DNA of 32,000 nucleotides from Cereibacter sphaeroides 2.4.1 (GCF_000012905.2 NC_007493.2:2010001-2042000), one strand, 5' to 3'. Counted from the stretch's first letter, positions 15,370 to 24,704 are shown. Made by a program: numbers and translations. Notes: a model not told the origin generated them from the sequence alone.

Positions 15370-15807
15370 ATGAAGTTCCAAGTCAAGGCCCTCGCCGCCA
15401 TCGCCGCATTCGCGGCGCTGCCGGCGCTCGCGCAGGAAGGCGACCCGGAAGCCGGGGCCAAGGCCTTCAACCAGTGCCAGACCTGCCACGTCATCGTGGA
15501 CGATTCCGGCACCACCATCGCCGGCCGCAACGCCAAGACCGGCCCGAACCTCTACGGCGTCGTGGGCCGCACCGCGGGCACGCAGGCCGACTTCAAGGGC
15601 TATGGCGAAGGCATGAAGGAAGCCGGCGCGAAAGGGCTCGCCTGGGATGAAGAGCATTTCGTCCAGTATGTTCAGGATCCGACCAAGTTCCTGAAGGAAT
15701 ATACCGGCGACGCGAAAGCCAAGGGCAAGATGACCTTCAAGCTGAAGAAGGAAGCGGACGCCCACAACATCTGGGCCTACCTCCAGCAGGTCGCCGTCCG
15801 GCCCTGA
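15370..15807 (+). CDS. cycA: Cytochrome c2 precursor
   Basis: 145 aa. Signal peptide MKFQVKALAAIAAFAALPALA, then mature QEGDPEAGAKAFNQCQTCHVIVDDSG... with a CQTCH haem site. This matches R. sphaeroides cytochrome c2. GGGAGGA SD lies at 15357-15363. Confidence 0.97.
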   Translation: MKFQVKALAAIAAFAALPALAQEGDPEAGAKAFNQCQTCHVIVDDSGTTIAGRNAKTGPNLYGVVGRTAGTQADFKGYGEGMKEAGAKGLAWDEEHFVQYVQDPTKFLKEYTGDAKAKGKMTFKLKKEADAHNIWAYLQQVAVRP

Positions 15808-15830
15808 GGCCTGACCGACGCGCATTCGAA

Positions 15831-15863
15831 GGCCGGCAGAGCGATCTGCCGGCCTTTCTCGTT
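15831..15863 (+). terminator. Rho-independent terminator of cycA
   Basis: Perfect 10-bp stem GGCCGGCAGA / TCTGCCGGCC with loop GCGA, followed by TTTCTCGTT, 24 nt after the stop. Confidence 0.8.
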
Positions 15864-16212
15864 CCAGCCCCGGGCGAGGCGCGCCGGCGCCGGGACAGGC
15901 GAACGGAGTGGTCACGCGCCGGGCCTCGGTCTCGGCAGCCCTTTCGCTTGAAGCCGACCTCCGGCCTCGCCGGATCGTGCCCTCTCCGACACGTCCCGGC
16001 CACGGCAGATCGTCTTGATCCCCCTCTCCGACTGCACATGCCCTCTGCCCGAGCTTCGCGCGCGTCCGCCCGGGCTCGCCGTTCGGGCGTGGGCGAGGCA
16101 ACAGCCGCCGGGGCGGTGAGTACATTCAGGCGCCCGGGCGCGCGCGCTGGAGGGCACCCGCTTTTGGGGACAAGGCGGGTGCGACGGCCGGAGGGGGCGG
16201 AGCGCCCTCGCC

Positions 16213-16911
16213 TCAGACCGACACCGCCTGCTTCAGCCGGTCGCGCCCGAGCTCGGCTCTGGTGCCCGACAGGTCCACCGCGCCGCGTTTGAGGACGTAG
16301 AACCGGTCCGCAAGGTCGTAGGCGAAGTCGAAATACTGCTCGACGAGGACAATGGCCATGTCGCCCTTCTCCCGCAGATAGGAGATCACGCGGCCGATCT
16401 GCTGGATGATGTTGGGCTGGATCCCCTCGGTGGGCTCGTCGAGAAGCAGAAGCTTCGGCCGCATGATCAGGGCACGCGCGATGGCGAGCTGCTGCTGCTG
16501 GCCGCCGGAGAGATCGCCGCCGCGGCGGTGCGCCATGTCCTTCAGGACCGGGAAGAGGGCATAGATCTCCTCCGGGATCCGATGCTCGGCGCGGGGAAGG
16601 ACCGCAAAGCCGGTCTCGAGATTCTCCGTCACCGTCAGGAGCGGAAAGATCATCCTCCCCTGCGGCACGAAGCCGAGGCCCCGCCGCGCCATGGCCTGCG
16701 GCGGCAGCACCGGCAGCTCTGCGCCTTCGAGGAAGATCCGCCCGCCCGAGCGCGGATGCGTGCCGGAGATCGCCTTCAGGAGCGAGGTCTTGCCCACCCC
16801 GTTCGTGCCCATGATGCAGGTCACCTCGCCCGCGCGCGCCTCCATGTCGATCCCGTGGAGAATCTGGCTGCCGCCGTAATGCAAGGTCAGCGCTTCGGTC
16901 TTCAGCATCAT
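16213..16911 (-). CDS. urtE: Urea ABC transporter ATP-binding protein UrtE
   Basis: 232 aa. Walker A GTNGVGKTS, signature LSGGQQQQLAIARAL, Walker B LLLLDEP. ATGA overlap with urtD. It is the last gene of the urtABCDE order. Confidence 0.9.
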   Translation of the reverse strand: MMLKTEALTLHYGGSQILHGIDMEARAGEVTCIMGTNGVGKTSLLKAISGTHPRSGGRIFLEGAELPVLPPQAMARRGLGFVPQGRMIFPLLTVTENLETGFAVLPRAEHRIPEEIYALFPVLKDMAHRRGGDLSGGQQQQLAIARALIMRPKLLLLDEPTEGIQPNIIQQIGRVISYLREKGDMAIVLVEQYFDFAYDLADRFYVLKRGAVDLSGTRAELGRDRLKQAVSV

Positions 16912-17651
16912 CCGCGTCCCAGATAGACTTCGATCACCGCAGGGTTCCGCGTCACATGGTCGAGGCTGCCTTCGGCCAGCACCGCCCCCTCGTGCAGCAC
17001 CGTCACCTTGCAGTCGAGGCGGCGGACGAACTCCATGTCATGCTCGACCACCACCACTGCGCGCGTCTTCGCCATCTCGACGAGGAGCGCGGTAGTATGT
17101 TCGCGCTCGGCCAGCGTCATCCCCGCCGCGGGCTCGTCCACGAGGAGGAGCCGCGGTTCCTGTGCGAGCAGCATCCCGATCTCGAGCCACTGCTTCTGCC
17201 CGTGGCTGAGCTCGCCCGACTTCCGCGCGAGATGCTGGCCGAGGCCCACCTCCTCGGCCAGCGCCTGCACGCGCACGGCGTCCGGCCGACTGGGCCGGAA
17301 GAAAAGGACGGCGAAGGGGGAACGCGGCTTCTTCAGCGCCATCATGAGATTGTCGAACACCGTCTGGTCCTCGAACACCGTCGGGCGCTGGAACTTGCGC
17401 CCGATACCCGCCTGCGCGATCCTGGCCTCGGAGAGCTTCAGGAGCGAGATCGAGCGGTCGCCGAAGGTGACGGATCCCTGATCGGGGCGGGTCTTGCCGG
17501 TCACGATATCCATGAAGGTGGTCTTGCCCGCGCCGTTGGGCCCGATGATGGCCCGCAGCTCGCGCGCGCCGATGTTGAAGGAGAGGTTGTTGATCGCGCG
17601 GAAGCCGTCGAAGGTGACGGAGACGCCCGAGACCTCGAGGAGCGCGCTCAT
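16908..17651 (-). CDS. urtD: Urea ABC transporter ATP-binding protein UrtD
   Basis: 247 aa from ATG 17651. Walker A GPNGAGKTT, LSHGQKQWLEIG, LLLVDEP. ATGA overlap with the urtC stop. The track shows it only as the tail of an artefactual 1334-aa ORF. Confidence 0.9.
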   Translation of the reverse strand: MSALLEVSGVSVTFDGFRAINNLSFNIGARELRAIIGPNGAGKTTFMDIVTGKTRPDQGSVTFGDRSISLLKLSEARIAQAGIGRKFQRPTVFEDQTVFDNLMMALKKPRSPFAVLFFRPSRPDAVRVQALAEEVGLGQHLARKSGELSHGQKQWLEIGMLLAQEPRLLLVDEPAAGMTLAEREHTTALLVEMAKTRAVVVVEHDMEFVRRLDCKVTVLHEGAVLAEGSLDHVTRNPAVIEVYLGRG

Positions 17652-18880
17652 TCGCTGGCCTCCCTCTCCTGCAGCGCGCCCGCATCGGGGCCGAGCGGCG
17701 CGCCGCGCCGGTTCGGGGGACGCAGGCCCTGCGCCCAGTCGACGAGGCCGCCGATCCCCTGCGGCGCGAAGAGCGTGACGAGGACGAAGGCCAGCCCCAG
17801 CAGGATCTGCCACCAGTCGACCCACTGGATGGTCGCGAAGCCGAGGGAGAGATCGGGCGCGCGCCCTCCGGTGAACCAGGTCGAGAGGAGCGAGACGAAG
17901 GCCGCGCCGATCACCGCCCCGTAGAGGCGCCCGCGGCCGCCGATCGCCACCCAGACCGCGAGATAGATCGAGGCGATGGGGGCGAGCTCGGCCGGGTTGA
18001 TGATGCCCGCCTGCGGGTAGTAGAGCGCGCCCGCGATGGCCGCGATCACTGCGGTCAGGGTGAAGATGAAGAGCTTGTAGCCCTCGACCGAATAGCCGAG
18101 GAAGCGCACCCGCTGCTCGTCGTCCCGAATGGCGCGCAGGACGGAGCCGAACTTGCCCGAGACGATCCAGGCTGCGAGCAGATATCCGAGCGCCAGCGCG
18201 CCGGCCGAAGCCCAGAAGAACCAGACCGAGAGCCGGTCCTGCGAGACCTGGACGAGGCCGGGGATGTTCTGGAGACCCGAGAGCCCGTTGTTGCCGCGCA
18301 GGCCCGCGTCGTTCTGGAAGAGATGCAGCGCGAGGGCGAGCGTCATGGCCTGGGTGAGAATCGAGAGATAGACCCCCGTGACCCGGCTGCGGAAGGCGAG
18401 CCAGCCGAAGACGAGGGCCAGAAGGCCCGGCACCAGCACCACAAGGGCGAGCTGCAGCGGCAGGCTGTGGGCGAAGGCCCAGACGGCGGGCAGCTCCGCC
18501 CCGCCCACGACGCCGAAGATCTGGCTCGCCACCCCGTCCGAGATCTCCTGCGGCGTGGCCGGCAGCGGCGCGTTGGACAGGGCCTGCACCACGATATCCT
18601 CGGTGCGGGCATACATGAGCCACATGCCGATCATGTAGCCGCCGAGCGCGAAGAAGGCCATGTGGCCGAGGCTGAGGATGCCCGCATAGCCCCAGACGAG
18701 ATCCATCGCGAGGGCCACGAGGCAGAGGCAGAGCGTCTTGCCCAGCGTCTTGACGAAGGAGGTGGAGAGGAAGGCCGTGCCATAAGCATGGGAGGCGAGC
18801 GTCACCGCGAGGGTGAAGAGCGCGAGAAGGGCAAGGAAGATCAGCACCGAGGGGCTGCGGGCGAGGAAGCTCTGTCTCAT
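17648..18880 (-). CDS. urtC: Urea ABC transporter permease UrtC (LivM-like)
   Basis: 410 aa polytopic membrane protein of the branched-chain-type permease family, between urtB and urtD. Confidence 0.9.
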   Translation of the reverse strand: MRQSFLARSPSVLIFLALLALFTLAVTLASHAYGTAFLSTSFVKTLGKTLCLCLVALAMDLVWGYAGILSLGHMAFFALGGYMIGMWLMYARTEDIVVQALSNAPLPATPQEISDGVASQIFGVVGGAELPAVWAFAHSLPLQLALVVLVPGLLALVFGWLAFRSRVTGVYLSILTQAMTLALALHLFQNDAGLRGNNGLSGLQNIPGLVQVSQDRLSVWFFWASAGALALGYLLAAWIVSGKFGSVLRAIRDDEQRVRFLGYSVEGYKLFIFTLTAVIAAIAGALYYPQAGIINPAELAPIASIYLAVWVAIGGRGRLYGAVIGAAFVSLLSTWFTGGRAPDLSLGFATIQWVDWWQILLGLAFVLVTLFAPQGIGGLVDWAQGLRPPNRRGAPLGPDAGALQEREASE

Positions 18881-19246
18881 GGGAGGGGCGCTCCGGCAGA
18901 CGGGCGGAAGCGGGGGGCCAGCCCCCCGCGCCCCCCGGGATATTTGGGCCAGAATGAAAGAGGAGGGAGGCTCGCGGGCGGCGGGACGGCGCGGGCGCGG
19001 CGAGGATGCGTCGGGAGTCCTGCGGCAGGGTCCGTGTCGGACGGGCGGGGGGTGAGGCGTGGCGATGGGATGCCGGTTCCTCGGGCGTTTCTCCGCAGGG
19101 ACGGGACAGGGGAGAGGGACAGGCTTTCGGCGGGCGGCGGCGGATCCGCAGGCCGCCGGGGCTCCGGGCGGACGCGCGCGGCCCCGACGGCGACCTTGCT
19201 GCCGGCAGACCGCAAAGCGGGGGCGGGCGGAAGGAGGGGCACGGTG

Positions 19247-21175
19247 TCAGTCTCCCGCGGCACGGCCTTTCAGGGCGACGATGCCCCGCGGCCGGAACTG
19301 GATGAAGATGATGATGAAGAGGATCATGTAGGTCTGGGCCGCGAGCGTGTTCGAGGGATTGAGCCACTCGATGCCCTTCTGCACCCCGCCGATCATCGCG
19401 GCCCCCGCGAGCGTGCCCCAGATGTTGCCGACGCCGCCCACGACCACCGTCATGAAGCTCTGGACGATGTAATCCTGTCCGAGCTCGGAGGTGACCTTGG
19501 CGAAGAGGCCGATGGCCACGCCCGCGATGCCCGCGATACCCGAGCCGAGCCCGAAGGTCAGCATGTTGATCCGATCGGGGTTGATCCCCATCGAGGCCGC
19601 CATCGAGGGGTTCTGCGTTACCGCCCGCACCTCGAGCCCGAGGCGGGTGCGCGTCATGATGAAGAGGAAGACGCCGAGGAAGATCATTGCGAGGACGAAG
19701 ATCGCGATGCGGATGTAGCTGATCGAGACCACGTCGTTGAAGCTCAGCGCGCCGTCGAGCCAGGCGGGCGCGGTCAGCGGCCGGGCCTGGGTGCCGAAGA
19801 TGTTCTTGGCGAGCTGCTGCAGCGCGATGGAGATGCCGAACGTGGCCAGCAGCGTCTCGAGCGGGCGGCGGTAGAGATGGCGGATCACCAGCCGCTCCAT
19901 CGCGACGCCGGCCGCGAAGGTGACGGCGAAGGCCAGAGGCAGCGCCACGAGGATCGAGATCGTGTAGTCGGAGATCCATTGCTGGACCACATAGCCCGTG
20001 TAGGCCCCCATCATGATGAATTCGCCATGGGCCATGTTGATGACCCGCATCACGCCGAAGGTGATGGCAAGGCCGATGGCCGCAAGGAAATAAATCGAGG
20101 CCAGCGAGGCCGCGTCGAGGGCGAGGTCGGCCGCCTGCATCAGGCCCACGGTGCGCCCGATGCGCGCCAGAGCGGCGCTTGCGGCCTCGGTGACGGCCGG
20201 GTCGGGCTCGGCATAGAGGTCGAGGAAGCGGAAGCGGTCGAGGGTGGCCGTCACCTCGTCCTCGGTGGCGCCGGGGGGCACGAGGCCCCGGGCCTCGAGC
20301 GCAGTATAGGCGCGGTCGCGGGCCTCGGGGCTGTCGAGCGCCGCCACGGGGATGCCCGCCACCTGCCCGTCCCGGATCTGCGCCACGAGCGTCTCGCGCA
20401 GCGCCGTGCGGCTGAGGCGGGCGGGGGCCAGGCCCTCGGCCACCAGAAGATCGTAGGCCTCTTCCCGCGGCAGGTCGCGCCCGGGCACGAGCTCGCGGGC
20501 GATGTTGAGCCCCTCGGGCGCGCTCTCGACCGCGGTGCGGCGCGTGGCGACCAGCGGGTTCAGCGCGGCGCGGAGATCGAGGCCGAGATCGGCGCCGAAG
20601 CTTTCGATCGCGGCGACGCGCTCGGCGGCGCTGGCCCCGAAGCGCAGCGTCAGGAGCCGCTCGAGCCGGGCCATGGCCGGATCGGGCGCCTGGGCCAGAG
20701 CGGCCCGCAGCGGCTCCAGATGCTCGGGCGCGGGATCGCGGGCGATGGAGGCAAGCGCCGCCGAGCGGCGCGCGGGATCGGGATCGGCCAACTGGAAGCG
20801 CACGAGCGCGGTGGCGATGAGACCACGGACGCCGCTGTTCGGACGCAGCTGCGCAATCTCGCCCCGGCCCGCGGTGCCCGCGGGGGCGCCGGCCAGGTCG
20901 CGGAGCGCCCATCCGCCGTCGGCCGGCTCGATCAGGAAGAAGGTGCCGTCGCTTTCGCGAAAGCCCAGCCGCCGGTCGGCCCAGGCGTCGAGGATTGCTG
21001 CGGCGGAAGCATCGCCCGACGCCGCCAGCGCCTCGATCACCGGGCCGATGGTCTGGCGCGAGGACCGTTCGATCAGGGCGCGGTTCTCGGAAAGGATCTG
21101 CGCGGCGGGCGTGCCCTGCGCGAGGACGGGAAGCGCAGAGGCGAGCACTGCGAGGAGGATCAGGACAAACCGCAT
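19247..21175 (-). CDS. urtB: Urea ABC transporter permease UrtB (LivH-like core) with a ~350-aa N-terminal secreted extension
   Basis: 642 aa. Signal peptide MRFVLILLAVLASALPVLAQG. From about residue 355 onward (LASIYFLAAIGLAITFGVMRVINMAHGEF...) it is a LivH-type permease. Confidence 0.9.
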   Translation of the reverse strand: MRFVLILLAVLASALPVLAQGTPAAQILSENRALIERSSRQTIGPVIEALAASGDASAAAILDAWADRRLGFRESDGTFFLIEPADGGWALRDLAGAPAGTAGRGEIAQLRPNSGVRGLIATALVRFQLADPDPARRSAALASIARDPAPEHLEPLRAALAQAPDPAMARLERLLTLRFGASAAERVAAIESFGADLGLDLRAALNPLVATRRTAVESAPEGLNIARELVPGRDLPREEAYDLLVAEGLAPARLSRTALRETLVAQIRDGQVAGIPVAALDSPEARDRAYTALEARGLVPPGATEDEVTATLDRFRFLDLYAEPDPAVTEAASAALARIGRTVGLMQAADLALDAASLASIYFLAAIGLAITFGVMRVINMAHGEFIMMGAYTGYVVQQWISDYTISILVALPLAFAVTFAAGVAMERLVIRHLYRRPLETLLATFGISIALQQLAKNIFGTQARPLTAPAWLDGALSFNDVVSISYIRIAIFVLAMIFLGVFLFIMTRTRLGLEVRAVTQNPSMAASMGINPDRINMLTFGLGSGIAGIAGVAIGLFAKVTSELGQDYIVQSFMTVVVGGVGNIWGTLAGAAMIGGVQKGIEWLNPSNTLAAQTYMILFIIIFIQFRPRGIVALKGRAAGD

Positions 21176-21238
21176 TCGGACCTCGTCGGAGGGAGCGGGG
21201 GCGGCGTCGGACCTGCGGCCCGGGCCGCCCCCGTCACG

Positions 21239-22519
21239 TCAGTAGTTCGACTTGATCTGCACGCAGCTCTTGGTCTCGGTGTTGTACATGCCGCAGTCGA
21301 GCTTGGCCCAGTCGGACTCGAGCACGGCCGATTCCGGCAGGAAGTCCGTCCAGGCATCGCCCGGCACCGGATCGGTCTGCGAGATGATGTCGAACTGGCC
21401 GTCGTCGCGGATCTCGCCGATCAGCACGGGCTTGGTCAGATGGTGGTTCGGCAGCATCTCGGCCTCGGAGCCGGTGAGGTTCGGGAATTTCTGCCCGATC
21501 ATCTCCTTGGCCACCGGATCCACATCAGTGGTGCCCGCCGCGGTCACGGCATTCACCCACATGTTGAAGCCGATGTAGGTGGCCTCCATCGGGTCGTTCG
21601 TCACCCGCTTCTCACCCATGCGGGCCTTCCATTCCTTGATGAAGGCTTCGTTCTCGGGGCTTTCGGCGGACTGGAAGTAGTTCCAGGCCGCGAGATGGCC
21701 CACGAGGTTCGAGGTGTCGAGGCCCGAGAGCTCCTCCTCGCCCACCGAGAAGGCCACGACGGGAATGTCCTCGGCCGAGATGCCTGCGGCCGCGAGTTCC
21801 TTGTAGAAGCCGATGTTCGCATCCCCGTTGATGGTCGAGATCACGCCCACCTTCTTGCCGTCCGCGCCGAGCGCCTTCACGTCCGCCACGATCTTCGACC
21901 AGTCGGAATGGCCGAAGGGCGTGTAGTTCACGAAGATGTCGGATTTCGCGATGCCCTTCTGCTGCAAGTAGCTTTCGAGGATGTTGTTCGTCGTGCGCGG
22001 ATAGACATAGTCGGTGCCGAGGAGGGCGAATTTCTCGACGCCCAGTTCCTCGAGGAAATAGTCCACCGCCGGAATCGCCTGCTGGTTCGGCGCGGCACCG
22101 GTGTAGAAGACGTTCTTCGAGCTCTCCTCGCCCTCATACTGCACCGGGTAGAACAGGAGGCCGTTCAACTCCTCGATCACCGGCAGCACCGACTTGCGGC
22201 TGACCGAGGTCCAGCAGCCGAAGATCACGTCGACATCGTTCACGGTCAGCAGCTCGCGCGCCTTCTCGGCGAAGAGCGGCCAGTCGGAGGCGGGGTCCAC
22301 CACCACCGCCTCGAGCTTCTTGCCCAGAAGGCCGCCCTTGGCGTTCTGCTGATCGACGAGCATCAGGACGGTGTCCTTCAGCGTCGTCTCGGAAATCGCC
22401 ATCGTGCCCGAGAGCGAATGGAGCACGCCGATCTTGATCGTGTCCTCCTGTGCGAGCGCCCCGCCCGCGAGCGACAGACCGAGGGCCGTGCCGATCAGAT
22501 ATGCCCGGAACATCTTCAT
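21239..22519 (-). CDS. urtA: Urea ABC transporter periplasmic urea-binding protein UrtA
   Basis: 426 aa. Signal peptide MKMFRAYLIGTALGLSLAGGALAQ; IKIGVLHSLSGTMAISE... typical of UrtA/amide-binding type I periplasmic binding proteins. It heads urtBCDE. Confidence 0.92.
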   Translation of the reverse strand: MKMFRAYLIGTALGLSLAGGALAQEDTIKIGVLHSLSGTMAISETTLKDTVLMLVDQQNAKGGLLGKKLEAVVVDPASDWPLFAEKARELLTVNDVDVIFGCWTSVSRKSVLPVIEELNGLLFYPVQYEGEESSKNVFYTGAAPNQQAIPAVDYFLEELGVEKFALLGTDYVYPRTTNNILESYLQQKGIAKSDIFVNYTPFGHSDWSKIVADVKALGADGKKVGVISTINGDANIGFYKELAAAGISAEDIPVVAFSVGEEELSGLDTSNLVGHLAAWNYFQSAESPENEAFIKEWKARMGEKRVTNDPMEATYIGFNMWVNAVTAAGTTDVDPVAKEMIGQKFPNLTGSEAEMLPNHHLTKPVLIGEIRDDGQFDIISQTDPVPGDAWTDFLPESAVLESDWAKLDCGMYNTETKSCVQIKSNY

Positions 22520-22795
22520 GCTCTTGTGTCCTTTTTCAGCAAGGCTCCGCCCGTCCGGTCCCGAGGGCCGGTCGTGGTTCCGTCAAGCCTTGGCAGTCCC
22601 CTGTTGATCCGCCGCGGGGCCTGTCCCGGCCCGCGGGCGCCGGAGCGTCTCTGGCTCCTCGCCGCTTCAGAAGACGTCGGGTCGGGGGATGCGGCAAGAC
22701 GGGCTGCGGTTCGGCCGCGGGGCGCCATGAAAAACGCCGAAAAATTCATCGGATCACGGGCTCGCGACCCTGAAAGAGGCAGAGCCTGTGCGGAA

Positions 22796-22814
22796 GCGGC
22801 GCCAAAGGCGCCGC
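22796..22814 (-). terminator. Weak hairpin after ureG (GCGGCGCC-TTT-GGCGCCGC on the minus strand) without a proper U-tract
   Basis: 8-bp GC stem, 5 nt downstream of the ureG stop, followed by only TT. Read-through into urtA is plausible. Confidence 0.35.
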
Positions 22815-22818
22815 CTGC

Positions 22819-23442
22819 TCAATCCTGCGGCAGGAGCTGCAGCCCGCCTTCGCGTTCGAGGAAGGCTACGATCGCCTCGACGCCGACCCCCGCCCGCATT
22901 CGCGCCATGACATAGGGCCTTTGGCCGCGGGCGGCCTGTGTGTCGGCCTCGAGCCGGGCCAGATCCACGCCGACATGGGGCGCGAGATCGATCTTGTTCA
23001 CGACCAGCAGATCCGAGCGCGCAAGGCCCGGGCCGCGTTTTCGCGGAATGTCCTGTCCGGCGGCCGTGTCGATCACATAGATGGTAAGGTCCGCGAGCTC
23101 GGGGCTGAAGGTCGCGGCCAGATTGTCGCCGCCCGATTCGATCAGGATCAGGTCGAGGTCCGGGAAGGTGCGGCGCAGGTCGGCCACGGCGGCGAGGTTG
23201 ATCGAGGCATCCTCGCGGATGGCCGTGTGGGGGCAGCCCCCCGTCTCGACGCCGCGGATCCGCTCTGCGGGCAGCACCTGCGCGCGCATCAGCGCCTCGG
23301 CATCCTCGCGGGTGTAGATGTCGTTGGTGATGACCGCCATCGAGCAGCGATGCGCGAGCGCCGCGCAGAGCTTTTCGGTCAGGGTCGTCTTGCCGGCGCC
23401 CACCGGGCCGCCGATCCCCACGCGCAGGGGTCCATGGCTCAT
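22819..23442 (-). CDS. ureG: Urease accessory GTPase UreG
   Basis: 207 aa from ATG 23442. P-loop [26 protein letters not shown] overlap with ureF. Confidence 0.95.
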   Translation of the reverse strand: MSHGPLRVGIGGPVGAGKTTLTEKLCAALAHRCSMAVITNDIYTREDAEALMRAQVLPAERIRGVETGGCPHTAIREDASINLAAVADLRRTFPDLDLILIESGGDNLAATFSPELADLTIYVIDTAAGQDIPRKRGPGLARSDLLVVNKIDLAPHVGVDLARLEADTQAARGQRPYVMARMRAGVGVEAIVAFLEREGGLQLLPQD

Positions 23443-24071
23443 GTCTTGAAGATCCTCACTTCCTGGGTTTCGTGCCGCATCGCCGCCAGATCGCCGCGCA
23501 GCGCCGCGCTGCCGAGGGCGTCGAGCGGCGCCTCGGCACTCTCGGCCGCGATCTCCCCGATCCGCGGATGCAGCGCGGCCAGCGTGGCCTGCCCCTCGGT
23601 CTGGCCCAATGGCACGAAGCGCACCGCGGCCGATACGAGGTTCGCGGCGAAGGCATGGAGCATCAGCGCCAGCACCTCCGCCACCGGCAGCCCGAGCGGG
23701 GCCGCCGCCTGCCCCAGCGCCACCGGCAGCGGCCGCGGCGGCAGGTCGCGCCCGGTGAGCGCCGCCACCGTGGCCGCGAAGGCCGCGCCCTGCTCCTCGG
23801 TCTCGCGCAGACGCTCGGCCGCGGGGGCCAGCGCGCGGGCCAGATCCGAGAGCGCCCCGGGATCGTGCCCCCTCAGCGCGTGGGCGAGCAGGATCGCATC
23901 CGTCCGCCCCGCGCCGAAGGCCAGCACATCGGCGATCCAGCGGCGGGCCGAGGCCGCATCCCGCACCTCGCCCTCCGAGATCGCCCATTCGAGCCCGTGC
24001 GAATAGGCGAAGGCTCCCGTCGGGAAGGCCGGCGAGAGCCACTGGACGAGGCTGAGGAGCGCCGCACTCAT
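23439..24071 (-). CDS. ureF: Urease accessory protein UreF
   Basis: 210 aa. [27 protein letters not shown] is the conserved UreF N-terminal motif. Flanked by ureE and ureG with ATGA overlaps. Confidence 0.9.
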   Translation of the reverse strand: MSAALLSLVQWLSPAFPTGAFAYSHGLEWAISEGEVRDAASARRWIADVLAFGAGRTDAILLAHALRGHDPGALSDLARALAPAAERLRETEEQGAAFAATVAALTGRDLPPRPLPVALGQAAAPLGLPVAEVLALMLHAFAANLVSAAVRFVPLGQTEGQATLAALHPRIGEIAAESAEAPLDALGSAALRGDLAAMRHETQEVRIFKT

Positions 24072-24616
24072 GCCGGATCGGCGTCGGGCGTCTCGTCCTC
24101 GTCGGGCTTGTGCGAGATATGCACATGGACATGCGGATGGTCGTGCCCATGGCCCTGCGCCGGCCCATGATCGTGGCCCAGAGTGCGCCCGTGGCCGTAG
24201 GCCCCGCCCTCGGGGCGGAAGGGCTCGGTGCGCGGCTCAAGCGTGAGGCCCAGACCGCGCAGCATCTCCTCGAGCACATGGTCGCGGCGGATCACCAGCC
24301 TGTCGGCCTCAATCTGGCAGGGCGTGTGCCGGTTGCCGATGTGCCAGGCCGCGCGCAGGATCGGGCCAGTGACGGCCACCACCTCCTCCTCGGCCGCGCG
24401 CACCTCGACGAGGCGGCCGTCGGCCAGTTCGAAGGCGCAGCCCTCGTCGAGGCTGGTGGTCTCGGCGAGGTCCACGAGGAAGCCGTCCCCCGCCTCGGTC
24501 TCGAGCCGCTTGCGGCGCAGGAAGCGCTCGTCATAGCCCAGCCGCACGCAGCCCGCGGCCGGACCCGTCCATTCGCCCTGTTTCAGAAGCCGGCGGGCTT
24601 GGGGAAGCTCGGTCAT
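24068..24616 (-). CDS. ureE: Urease nickel metallochaperone UreE with a His-rich tail
   Basis: 182 aa. [10 protein letters not shown] motif; C-terminal [37 protein letters not shown] upstream. Confidence 0.9.
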   Translation of the reverse strand: MTELPQARRLLKQGEWTGPAAGCVRLGYDERFLRRKRLETEAGDGFLVDLAETTSLDEGCAFELADGRLVEVRAAEEEVVAVTGPILRAAWHIGNRHTPCQIEADRLVIRRDHVLEEMLRGLGLTLEPRTEPFRPEGGAYGHGRTLGHDHGPAQGHGHDHPHVHVHISHKPDEDETPDADPA

Positions 24617-24704
24617 CGAAGGTCCTTTCTCTGCTCCGGCATCAGCGATTCGTTAAGGGAGGGCCGGATATGTCTCATGGAACAGAGTGGCAACGGGGGC
24701 AGAG

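Noticed and set aside
15948-16292. 114-aa plus-strand ORF spanning the cycA-urtE junction
   Set aside because: It has Arg/Pro/Ala-rich artefact composition, overlaps the 3' end of urtE in antisense, and has no SD.
18877-19263. 128-aa minus-strand ORF filling the urtB-urtC spacer
   Set aside because: It is Pro/Arg/Ala low-complexity (…PPPPAESLSLSPVPSLRR…) and simply reflects the C-rich strand. It overlaps both the urtB stop and the urtC start, and it has no SD.
22538-22553. Sigma54-like -24/-12 element upstream of urtA (minus strand cGGgcggagccTTGCt)
   Set aside because: Only the GG and TTGC cores match and the rest of the -24 box does not. It lies about 20 nt from the ATG, leaving almost no leader. 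Rhodobacter NtrC is reported to act at RpoN-independent promoters.
22520-22560. Guanidine-III-riboswitch-like string (CCGGACGG…GGACACAAGA) in the urtA leader
   Set aside because: The second CCGG arm and the GCGCC/GGCGC pseudoknot partners of that motif are absent. I also found no ACGR-tetraloop hairpin pair (guanidine-II).
22588-22608. Plus-strand TGGCAG-N5-TGTTGA resembling a sigma54 box
   Set aside because: The -12 element is wrong (TGTT, not TTGC), and no plus-strand gene lies downstream.
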